Source of the DNA: a virus | Reading direction: 5' to 3' (one strand) | IMG/VR virus record: IMGVR_UViG_3300045988_021913 | Location: 1 to 43,136 of that record | DNA: 43,136 bases | Made by a program: the position numbers and the translations under genes | Shown: in pieces, positions 1 to 6,928 of the stretch | Layout: each line of letters begins with the position of its first letter | Numbering within the stretch: the first letter of the stretch is position 1 | Notes under the pieces: model-generated | What the model saw: the letters and a program-made list of their open reading frames with translations, nothing else | Told to the model about the DNA's origin: nothing | Databases searched by the model: none

Positions 1-77
1 ATGCCCGCCTGCAAAAGCTGCATATCGCGGGAAAAATCGGTTTGCTTGTCCTCAATGATGCTGTCATCAAAGTCGAT
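1..77. repeat. 77-nt terminal duplication, copy 1 (identical to 43060..43136). This is a circular-contig overlap.
   Basis: Read directly. Both ends read atgcccgcctgcaaaagctgcatatcgcgggaaaaatcggtttgcttgtcctcaatgatgctgtcatcaaagtcgat. Confidence 0.95.
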
Positions 78-1316
78 GGAGATTTCTACATTTTCGTCAA
101 GCCCCGCGTTCATGGTGGCATTCCCAAGCCGGAGAAGAACACGGCACAGCTCAGTCAATGCCTGCTCAAGGATAATTTCATGCTTCTTGATTGTTCGGAA
201 CATGGTGCTATTCTCGCTGATGACCTGCGTAGCCGTGGCAATGCTATCTCCACTGAACCGATAATAGGTCTCGCCAAACCCGCACTTGCTGGAAAGAATA
301 TTGAGCTGGTCTTGCAACCCGATATTTAACTGCTGGGTCCTTAACTGTGGGGAAATTGGTTCGACAACGTTCCCTTGCTGCGTGTCCTCTGGGAGAAGGT
401 AAAACCTACTATCGTTATTGTTCAAAGTCGGTTTCCCGTCCTCATACCTTGTTGCTGGCATTTTTACCATCAGCAGCAACGCGCCATTGTCAAACTCGTT
501 GCCATAGCAGTTAAACGCCTTGTCTACACTTTCCAGCACATCAAGAGCATTTGCATAAACAGGGACACCGACGGGCAAGAGATAATCGAAATTGTTGGCG
601 ATGTTCGGGCGATCGATTACAAACTGTTTTTCCGCGCTCCCTGTATGGACGACATGCGGGATATGCTCAAAGCCATCAACGGATGCAAGGCTAACTTCCG
701 ACAGCGTTTCATTCTCGTACAAATAAATGCTGTTTTCGATTGTGTATTTTCCATTCCGCTCTTTTTTAAAGATTTGCAGGAACAAATACTTATGTCCGAG
801 CCGTGTTACAACGCTATCAAATGCGCACTCTGTAATCACACCATTTCGCCACGAAAGCGGGTAAATGTGCTCCATCGTCACATAGTCGATTGCAATGTCT
901 TCCGCACTTCCGGGAATCGGAGCGTCGTAGTCGTTTACTTTCTGTCCAATAACGCGCGGTACATATGCAACCGTTCCGAGCGCGGACTTCATTTCCTGCA
1001 TTTCGTTTGCTTTTACGGTAAAGTTGTTTTCTTCCAAAATGCGGTCAATAAATTCCTGCTCTTTTTTGCCTTCAAGCGTGATTTTAACCTTTTCGTTCAT
1101 GAGCAGATTTGCCCAATCTTCGCAGACTTTCTTTCCCATTCCGAGCGAAGCCCGCTTCTTTTTCACCCACTCATGCCCGTTATATTCCCGGTATCTGTGG
1201 AAATCCTTTACTTTCCCAACATACCAGGACTTCCAGAGGTCAACTTGGCTGTAAAACTCTTCCGGAATCGTCGTATAGCCAAGATCTTTCAACTTTTGGA
1301 TAACTGCACTGCTCAT
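1..1316 (-). CDS. Portal protein, SPP1 gp6-like, 5' part. The ORF runs off the window start and continues in frame at 43059..42945.
   Basis: Absent from the ORF track because it has no stop inside this end of the window. Minus-strand ATG at 1316 gives MSSAVIQKLKDLGYTTIPEEFYSQVDLWKSWYVGKVKDFHRYREYNGHEW... and stays open to nt 1. ATGA overlap with the terL stop. The codon phase was checked across the 77-nt junction (..QLLQAGI|MNDWEFRMKW..). Total length is about 476 aa. It occupies the canonical position after terL. Confidence 0.85.
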   Translation of the reverse strand, partial: MSSAVIQKLKDLGYTTIPEEFYSQVDLWKSWYVGKVKDFHRYREYNGHEWVKKKRASLGMGKKVCEDWANLLMNEKVKITLEGKKEQEFIDRILEENNFTVKANEMQEMKSALGTVAYVPRVIGQKVNDYDAPIPGSAEDIAIDYVTMEHIYPLSWRNGVITECAFDSVVTRLGHKYLFLQIFKKERNGKYTIENSIYLYENETLSEVSLASVDGFEHIPHVVHTGSAEKQFVIDRPNIANNFDYLLPVGVPVYANALDVLESVDKAFNCYGNEFDNGALLLMVKMPATRYEDGKPTLNNNDSRFYLLPEDTQQGNVVEPISPQLRTQQLNIGLQDQLNILSSKCGFGETYYRFSGDSIATATQVISENSTMFRTIKKHEIILEQALTELCRVLLRLGNATMNAGLDENVEISIDFDDSIIEDKQTDFSRDMQLLQAG

Positions 1317-2551
1317 GCAATAACTCCCATTCTACGGCTCACAGGCTCTAAGGCGTACCTTGTCGCATCGATCAAATGATTGTTTGCGTCTGGGTAGCCG
1401 CTGATAATGTCGCCGTCTTTGTTTCTTTCGTATTCGTATCCCACGAACTCATTGTAAGCGTGCGGTGTGCGCCGCCTGTCAATGACAATTGTTCTCCGCT
1501 GCAAAAACTTCATGCCGTACTCTACAGAGCCAGGGCCTTTGATGGCTTCAAAAGCTGGAAGCCGCATAGCGCGGAAGTCCGCAACGCTTTTTGGCTCAGC
1601 GCTGTCGCAAATAATGCGCGTATCGTTGTACCTCCGCTGCAATATCATTTTTGCGCTTTGCTCGTTGGACATTTTGTTTTGATAAATCTCGTCCAGCAAA
1701 TAGATAGTTTCTCTTGCGCGGTCGTAGTAAAGCCGGATAAACGCAAACGGGTCAGGAAAATAGCCCCAGTCCACGCCTTGATACAGTTTGTCAAAACTCG
1801 CAACCTCTGCGTCAGTTATCTCACGCAGCTCCAGCCGGTCAAACACGTTGCCACCCGTGCCCACAGGAATACCTAAATACTCATGCTGGTACGCTCTCTC
1901 GTCCGTGGCCTTGAGATGTTCCGCCTCCGCTAAAAACTGCTCACCAAGCCACTCTGGCGGGGCTTGCAAGTACGTTGACTTGTGACACAGCCTGTCTGTG
2001 CGTTCTTCCAGGCTGTCCTTGTTCGCCCAGTTATCGCGGCTTATCGGCGGGTTGTAGCTTTCAAAGTTCCAATACTTCGAACCGCCGCGCATTGTGGACT
2101 GCAAAATCGTTCGAATTTCTGCGCGTCCGGCAAACTGGTCTTTTTCCTCGAAGTGCGTCACGGCAATGTAGCCAAACGGCACCTTGATAGACTTGATCTT
2201 CATGGGATCGTCAGCGCCCCGGAACATGATTTTCTGGCCTGTAGGCTTGTAGATCAGCTCCATCGGGGAAACCTTTGCTTCCCAATACGCCGCCATGCCC
2301 AGTTCGCCGATTGCCCAGATATACTGTGCGTACACGCTATCGCGGATGGTGTTTGCCACCTTGCGCAACACCAGCGCATGTGTGCCGGGATTGGCAACCA
2401 GCAGAAGCGGCACGATAATTGATACCGTGGAAGATTTCAACGAGCCGCGCCCACCGCTAAAGTCGTAGTGCGTATGCCTATGATGAAAAATGTCATGAGC
2501 AATATCGTAAAACGCAGGGCCGATTTTTTCGGATAAACGAATGTCAGACAT
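1313..2551 (-). CDS. terL: Terminase large subunit (PBSX/Terminase_3-like)
   Basis: 412-aa ORF with a Walker-A-like FSGGRGSLKSST. The overall sequence is typical of PBSX-family terL. It overlaps terS by 8 nt and the portal start by ATGA. Confidence 0.9.
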   Translation of the reverse strand: MSDIRLSEKIGPAFYDIAHDIFHHRHTHYDFSGGRGSLKSSTVSIIVPLLLVANPGTHALVLRKVANTIRDSVYAQYIWAIGELGMAAYWEAKVSPMELIYKPTGQKIMFRGADDPMKIKSIKVPFGYIAVTHFEEKDQFAGRAEIRTILQSTMRGGSKYWNFESYNPPISRDNWANKDSLEERTDRLCHKSTYLQAPPEWLGEQFLAEAEHLKATDERAYQHEYLGIPVGTGGNVFDRLELREITDAEVASFDKLYQGVDWGYFPDPFAFIRLYYDRARETIYLLDEIYQNKMSNEQSAKMILQRRYNDTRIICDSAEPKSVADFRAMRLPAFEAIKGPGSVEYGMKFLQRRTIVIDRRRTPHAYNEFVGYEYERNKDGDIISGYPDANNHLIDATRYALEPVSRRMGVIA

Positions 2552-2915
2552 CGATAATCACCTTGACAACGGAATCGGCGCTTGTGTTGTCTTGCTTGTC
2601 GAACACACCCGTATGCTTCGCCAGCATTTCAAGTGCTTTTAGCTTATTCGCGTATTTCAAATCGCTTTCCGTGCAATCAGACGCAGGCTTATCTGCGATT
2701 TCTTTGAGTTTTTCTATAACATAGTCCTGTGTTACTTCCGTCCGTTTCTGCCTTTCTGCCTTTGCTTTCTGGATAGCAGCCGAAACGTTACTATTCGTAA
2801 CTAACTGCCTACCCTTTTCAGCATTCTTGTAACCGGCTCTCGCGGCGGCCTGAGTGGCATTTAAGTCCACAAGGTACTCTTGCACAAATCTCTCTTGCTT
2901 TGCTGTTAATGGCAC
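2544..2915 (-). CDS. terS: Terminase small subunit (Terminase_2-like)
   Basis: GTG start at 2915 after GGTGGTG. The N-terminus PLTAKQERFVQEYLVDLNATQAAARAGY is the classic small-terminase HTH motif. Confidence 0.85.
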   Translation of the reverse strand: MPLTAKQERFVQEYLVDLNATQAAARAGYKNAEKGRQLVTNSNVSAAIQKAKAERQKRTEVTQDYVIEKLKEIADKPASDCTESDLKYANKLKALEMLAKHTGVFDKQDNTSADSVVKVIIDV

Positions 2916-3196
2916 TCGTCACCACCTCTCTTGTCGCATTTTTTTGCTACCAGCCCCCGCCCCTTGGCCTTACATAGCAGACTTTACCCGCCCAGAGGGG
3001 CATACACATTTGCCGTCTTCCCGCTTAGATTGTCACACGCTACCAGCAACTACGCTCCGAAAAGTCGTAGCCCCTATTCCGTCAGGTCAAACCGGTCTTG
3101 ACGTATCAAGACAAGCGCAGTTTTCAGCAAGCATTGTCATTTTCATGTGAGCCATGACGACAACGGTCTTACATTGTCCGGGCGCTACCCGGCCTC

Positions 3197-3273
3197 TGGC
3201 AGGGACGGTTGGGAATCGAACCCACCCAAGCGGTTTTGGAGACCGCCTCGCCAGCCTTGGAACATTCGCCCCT
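3197..3273 (-). tRNA. tRNA-Trp(CCA)-like element, possibly an aberrant or pseudo tRNA
   Basis: The reverse complement reads AGGGGCG..GCGGT-CTCCAAA-ACCGC..GTGGG-TTCGATT-CCCAAC-CGTCCCT-G-CCA. It has a perfect 5-bp anticodon stem, a CT-CCA-AA loop, a 7-bp acceptor stem (one G.U) and an encoded CCA, and is close to bacterial tRNA-Trp as remembered. However, the D-arm region is about 3 nt too long and pairs poorly, and the T-arm needs one extra nt or a G.A mismatch. Confidence 0.55.
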
Positions 3274-3382
3274 AAATGTCCCCGCTGGGACACATCGTTG
3301 AGAGGTGCGCGGGGTCCTGTGCCACATAAGAGGTGCGACCTCTCGGCCCTGATCGTGGGCTGCATCGTGCGTGCGTCATGGT

Positions 3383-3421
3383 GCGGGGGCGGTGTGAAAA
3401 GATGAAAAGCACCGCCCCCGC
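3383..3421. other. Perfect 12-bp GC-rich hairpin (gcgggggcggtg / caccgcccccgc, 15-nt loop) in the non-coding region upstream of the tRNA-like element
   Basis: Read directly. There is no U/T tract on either side, so it is not a canonical intrinsic terminator. Confidence 0.6.
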
Positions 3422-3523
3422 TATGGCGCAGGAGGTAAACGCCATGAATGAGAGAACCGCAAAGGCTTTTACACCTCTGCGATTCTATTATCTCATAAGC
3501 AAATGGCTTTTTAAGGCCAACTT

Positions 3524-3835
3524 TTAATCATCGAGCAGCCCGTAGTTCCGTGCGACGCACTTGATAAAATCGGTATGCCAGCGTCTCGCCGTCCGATCGG
3601 AACAGTTGACTGCCATCGCCGCCCCTTCGAGCGTGTGGGTCTTGTCCCAGAACACAAGGCGGATAAATTTTAAGCGCTCTTCTCCGTCTTGCATTAACTT
3701 TGTTTCGCTCACCGCTTTTCGCACAGCGTTGCTTTCTAACAAAGACACTCCATGCAACTCCTGCTCTCGGTCGGGGGCATAGCGGCGAATAATGGCTTTT
3801 ACATAGCCCCACCAACTATAACGAGGTTTACTCAT
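3524..3835 (-). CDS. Putative late-gene transcriptional activator (RinA/ArpU-like, sigma-70 region-4-type HTH)
   Basis: 103-aa ORF. It is the last gene before the packaging module. The C-terminal ..EGAAMAVNCSDRTARRWHTDFIKCVARNYGL resembles an HTH. Confidence 0.5.
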   Translation of the reverse strand: MSKPRYSWWGYVKAIIRRYAPDREQELHGVSLLESNAVRKAVSETKLMQDGEERLKFIRLVFWDKTHTLEGAAMAVNCSDRTARRWHTDFIKCVARNYGLLDD

Positions 3836-4280
3836 GGCGCGCTACCTTTCTCTTGAACCATGCCCACAGGTTACGCCACGGGTGGGCTTCTACGTAATTG
3901 GCGCGCTGCTCGGCGTTGTAGCGTCTGTTACGCATTACATTAAGGGCCTCTTGCTTAAAAGCGCACTCGTCGTTCGCTCGCCCAAGCGCCGCCTCAGTGT
4001 CAGCGAGCTTATTTCGCAGCGCATCCGCGTCTGCTTTCAGGTTCGCAATCTCGTTTGCCTTGTTGATGGCCTTGCCGTTCATCTGGTCAAGACGTTCGGT
4101 CAAAGCGACATTCTTTTGATGCATCGCCGCCTTTAGGTTCGCATATTCGGCAATCAGATCATTCTTCTCATCGATACAATTTTTCAGCTCGATGATCTCT
4201 GCTTCAAGCGCCGCAGTTTTCTCCTTCGCTTCCTCCACCATTTTCGCCATCTGGTCTTTGGTGTACTTCTTTACGTTCAT
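3828..4280 (-). CDS. Hypothetical coiled-coil protein
   Basis: Track ORF trimmed to ATG 4280 (MNVKKYTKDQ..) behind GAGGGGAG. Heptad-like and K/E/A-rich. Confidence 0.6.
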   Translation of the reverse strand: MNVKKYTKDQMAKMVEEAKEKTAALEAEIIELKNCIDEKNDLIAEYANLKAAMHQKNVALTERLDQMNGKAINKANEIANLKADADALRNKLADTEAALGRANDECAFKQEALNVMRNRRYNAEQRANYVEAHPWRNLWAWFKRKVARHE

Positions 4281-4438
4281 TTGCGTTCTCCCCTCATTCC
4301 GATTTGTTCGTATTTTCGGTCGCTTACGATGCTCACGACCTTGCAATCGCCGTATCGCTCGATGTCCATGGCGATGCGCTCCTTGATGCCCTGCGCGTCA
4401 GCGGCGGGGACGTTGGCTTTAATCGTGATCGTCAGCAT
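4277..4438 (-). CDS. Hypothetical small protein (53 aa)
   Basis: Below the track size cut-off. GGAGGG lies 6 nt before ATG 4438 (MLTITIKANVPAADAQGIKERIAMDIERYGDCKVVSIV..). Its TGA overlaps the next ATG (ATGA). Confidence 0.45.
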   Translation of the reverse strand: MLTITIKANVPAADAQGIKERIAMDIERYGDCKVVSIVSDRKYEQIGMRGERK

Positions 4439-4470
4439 GTGCGCCCTCCTTCGGCTCGCCGTAGATGTAC

Positions 4471-4692
4471 TTATCCATGCTGCGTCGTCTCCTCCTGAGT
4501 CTGGTTGAGCAGCATGATTTCTTCCAAGGACAATTCGTTGCGAGCAACTGCCAGCACCTGCCTGTCCGTCAGGCCGTACTTGTCTCTAAGTGGCGCCAAA
4601 ATCGCACACATATTCTTCTTGGTGAAGGGGACCTGCCCAGACGTGAGCTTGCTGTAAGCCTTCTGAATTTCAACGGCTGCTTCTAACTGCAT
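4471..4692 (-). CDS. Hypothetical protein (73 aa)
   Basis: Track ORF with AAGGAG about 10 nt upstream of ATG 4692. Confidence 0.55.
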   Translation of the reverse strand: MQLEAAVEIQKAYSKLTSGQVPFTKKNMCAILAPLRDKYGLTDRQVLAVARNELSLEEIMLLNQTQEETTQHG

Positions 4693-4766
4693 AGTTTAAT
4701 ATCTCCTTTCAGTCGATGAGTTGATGCTGCAGCCCACGCAGCGCACTTTCGCAGGAAGCCGGGCGC

Positions 4767-5030
4767 TCAACGTTCAGTGTTGTCACCTCCGTCCATCTTG
4801 GCCCCGCAGTTGGGGCAGTAATTGAAAGTGTTTGTATCGTTGTCGCAGTAGTTCCACTGTCTCTTGCACCCAGAGCATTCCATTTCGTCAAGGTGTTCCA
4901 CCCACAGCCCATGCACCACCGGCGCAACGTCAGCGGAGGGCATATCCGAGATGGATTGCAAGTTTTTTGCGCTGCACCCGTCCTGCATTAGTTTCATAAG
5001 CGCCGCTTCTCGCTTGATGTATTCAGGCAT
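4767..5030 (-). CDS. Small zinc-ribbon protein, paralog 2
   Basis: ATG 5030 after GGAGGTG. MPEYIKREAAL..ADVAPVVHGLW..C-x2-C..CPNCGAKMDGG. Paralogous to the upstream gene. Confidence 0.65.
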   Translation of the reverse strand: MPEYIKREAALMKLMQDGCSAKNLQSISDMPSADVAPVVHGLWVEHLDEMECSGCKRQWNYCDNDTNTFNYCPNCGAKMDGGDNTER

Positions 5031-5268
5031 TGTCCGCACCTCCGTCCATCTTCGCGCCACAGTTTGGACAAAATGGAGTTTCGTCCCTACACTCTACAAA
5101 GCATTCAGAGCAGTACGGGTTCGATGAACCTTTTATCCACCGCCCATGCACCACCGGCGCAACATCAGCGGCGGGCAGGGCCTCAATATACTGCGACGGC
5201 TCAAGGCCTTTTGCCCACGCGTGCTTTGCGGCCTCAATCGCCGCACTGAGCTTAATGTATTCAGCCAT
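5023..5268 (-). CDS. Small zinc-ribbon protein, paralog 1
   Basis: ATG 5268 (the track starts 2 codons earlier at a TTG). MAEYIKLSAAI..ADVAPVVHGRW..CSEC..CPNCGAKMDGG. Confidence 0.65.
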   Translation of the reverse strand: MAEYIKLSAAIEAAKHAWAKGLEPSQYIEALPAADVAPVVHGRWIKGSSNPYCSECFVECRDETPFCPNCGAKMDGGADNA

Positions 5269-5298
5269 TGTCAATAGACCGCTTCGCGCTTTGATTTG

Positions 5299-5670
5299 CT
5301 AATTTCCATCGTCAGCTCTCCTGTTCCATGCTTCTTTTGCCTTTGGAATCGACCGCCCGGGATCCAGCGGCAAGAGAAAGAGCCTGCCTTCCTTGTCGGC
5401 CTCGGCCAGTTCCCGCAGGCGGTCATAGCTGCAAAAACTTTCCAAATCAGCAAGTCGCATAAGCTTCAGCGCGATCTCGTCCGCCTTATCCTTCGGCAAA
5501 ACCTCCTCCGGCGTCAGCCCCGTGTCCTCGTAGGCTGCAAGACGCTCCACACACGTCTGTCTGTACGCGCTTTTTGCCGCACGGTCATTGCAATCATTGC
5601 CACCGTAGCAATCTGCCGGATAATTGTAATCCGCTGCGCCGCTTGCGAGATATTTTGTCAGTCTCTTCAT
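5299..5670 (-). CDS. Hypothetical protein (123 aa). Its C-terminal ..EAWNRRA motif is reminiscent of Lar-type restriction-alleviation proteins.
   Basis: ATG 5670 overlaps the upstream TGA. Contains LAAYEDTGLTPEEV and KAKEAWNRRADDGN. The functional link is weak and rests on memory only. Confidence 0.55.
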   Translation of the reverse strand: MKRLTKYLASGAADYNYPADCYGGNDCNDRAAKSAYRQTCVERLAAYEDTGLTPEEVLPKDKADEIALKLMRLADLESFCSYDRLRELAEADKEGRLFLLPLDPGRSIPKAKEAWNRRADDGN

Positions 5671-6425
5671 CACTCCACCTCCTGCATCTTACTAATCACT
5701 TTTCGGATCACATCGCCGCCATAAGCGTCTTTTGTCAACTCCAAAAACTCCGCCAGCGTCATTATGCCGTGCTCGAGATCAACACCGTGGTCGCGGGCAA
5801 ACTGTTTTCTGCCCATGTCGCATGAGCCGGTCAAACGGTGATGCCAGTCGTAAAAATACTGTGTCGGATATGCTTTCTCGCGGTCTGTTTCTCGCAGAAA
5901 CGTGTCGATGCGTTCATCTTCCGGCATATCCTTGAAAAGCTTGCCTCGCAGCGCTTCCATTGCTTCGCGCAGCGTTTCGCCGTGTGCGAAAACATTTCCC
6001 TGCTTGACGATATAGCACGGTGTGAGCGTCAAATCGGCGTTCACGATTGCCCCATGCGCGGTGTTGCCGCGCACGGAACGAATCAGCGTATTTACGCCGT
6101 CAATTCGATAGATTGGTTCTCCATTGAAACTTTTAATGCCGTAGCCGTAGCCGGAGCCGTAGCCGTCGCCGGAGCCGTAGCCGTCGCCGTAGCCGTCGCC
6201 GGAGCCGGAGCCGTAGCCGGAGCCGTCGCCGTAGCCGTAGCCGGAGCCGTAGCCGGAGCCGTAGCCGGAGCCGTCGCCGTAGCCGTCGCCGGAGCCGGAG
6301 CCGTAGCCGTCGCCGGAGCCGGAGCCGTAGCCGTCGCCGTAGCCGTAGCCGTAGCCGTCGCCGTAGCCGTAGCCGTAGCCGGAATTTGCCGTCAGGAATG
6401 CTTTGGTCTTCTCCTCAAGCGTCAT
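5670..6425 (-). CDS. Gly/Tyr-repeat protein: an approximately 81-aa (G-Y-G-[DS]) low-complexity tract followed by a conserved-looking globular C-terminal domain
   Basis: Track ORF trimmed to ATG 6425 (AAGGAGTGG RBS, ATGA overlap with the upstream gene). MTLEEKTKAFLTANS-(GYGYGYGDGYGYGYGDGYGSGSGDGYG...)-IKSFNGEPIYRIDGVNTL... Confidence 0.7.
   Translation of the reverse strand: MTLEEKTKAFLTANSGYGYGYGDGYGYGYGDGYGSGSGDGYGSGSGDGYGDGSGYGSGYGSGYGYGDGSGYGSGSGDGYGDGYGSGDGYGSGYGYGIKSFNGEPIYRIDGVNTLIRSVRGNTAHGAIVNADLTLTPCYIVKQGNVFAHGETLREAMEALRGKLFKDMPEDERIDTFLRETDREKAYPTQYFYDWHHRLTGSCDMGRKQFARDHGVDLEHGIMTLAEFLELTKDAYGGDVIRKVISKMQEVE
6138..6380 (-). repeat. Coding tandem repeat (6/12-nt period, gccgtagcc/gccggagcc) that encodes the GY tract
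   Basis: Read directly. There are about 243 nt of near-perfect short-period repeats. Confidence 0.9.
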
Positions 6426-6712
6426 CTCTTCCACTCCTTTACGCCTCGAAGCGACACCGATGCAGCATCCGTGCACGGGATGATCTGGATTGCTCCCAGC
6501 ACGGTCATCCACGGAATCGTCACGGTAAAACGGCAGTTGCCCGGTGTTTTTGTGCCGTCCTGTGCGAGCTGTTCCACAGCGCATGCGCCATCCCAGCTCC
6601 ACAGCTTACGCACATCAGTCATGGTGACTTCGGAGCCGTTTCTCTCCTTGATCTTTCCGAAAAATACGCCTGCGCAGTCGCAGCGAACGATATAGTCCTG
6701 ATTGTTGTTCAT
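6422..6712 (-). CDS. Hypothetical conserved small phage protein (96 aa)
   Basis: AGGAGG lies 10 nt before ATG 6712. Sequence ..IVRCDCAGVFFGKIKERNGSEVTMTDVRKLWSWDGACAVEQLAQDG... Confidence 0.65.
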   Translation of the reverse strand: MNNNQDYIVRCDCAGVFFGKIKERNGSEVTMTDVRKLWSWDGACAVEQLAQDGTKTPGNCRFTVTIPWMTVLGAIQIIPCTDAASVSLRGVKEWKR

Positions 6713-6736
6713 AGTGAAAATTCCTCCTGATTTTTG

Positions 6737-6928
6737 TTAAAATTTGAAGCTCTCTCTGAGCCTGCTCCCGTTTACCTCCGCCTCCGCCGTAAAGTAGCGG
6801 TGGCTCTCGTTGATGTAGATCACGCGCCCATGCGCAGTCGTCTCTTTCGTGGTCACGCTCATAATGCCGTTGCTGCCCTGAAATGCGGCAGGCTTCCAGC
6901 TAAATGGTTCACCGATGTACATGGTCAT
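6737..6928 (-). CDS. Hypothetical protein (63 aa)
   Basis: ATGA overlap with the methyltransferase stop. GGGGAGGA RBS. Confidence 0.55.
   Translation of the reverse strand: MTMYIGEPFSWKPAAFQGSNGIMSVTTKETTAHGRVIYINESHRYFTAEAEVNGSRLRESFKF

Noticed and set aside
375-1379. 334-aa plus-strand ORF at the window start.
   Set aside because: It is antisense to the portal gene. The portal is missing from the ORF track only because it runs off the window edge.
3087-3365. 92-aa minus-strand ORF in the terS-upstream gap.
   Set aside because: It overlaps the tRNA-like element and the hairpins. It has no RBS, and its translation is Arg/Pro-rich.
3444-3527. 27-aa plus-strand ORF with a perfect AGGAGG-8-ATG.
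   Set aside because: It is isolated on the non-coding strand with no promoter seen, and it ends inside the stop region of the RinA-like gene. It is most likely fortuitous, but it cannot be fully excluded.
5838-6695. 285-aa plus-strand ORF with an (AVAVAGAG)n tract.
   Set aside because: It is the reverse-complement reading of the GY-repeat gene. The minus-strand gene has the RBS, the coupling and a globular domain.
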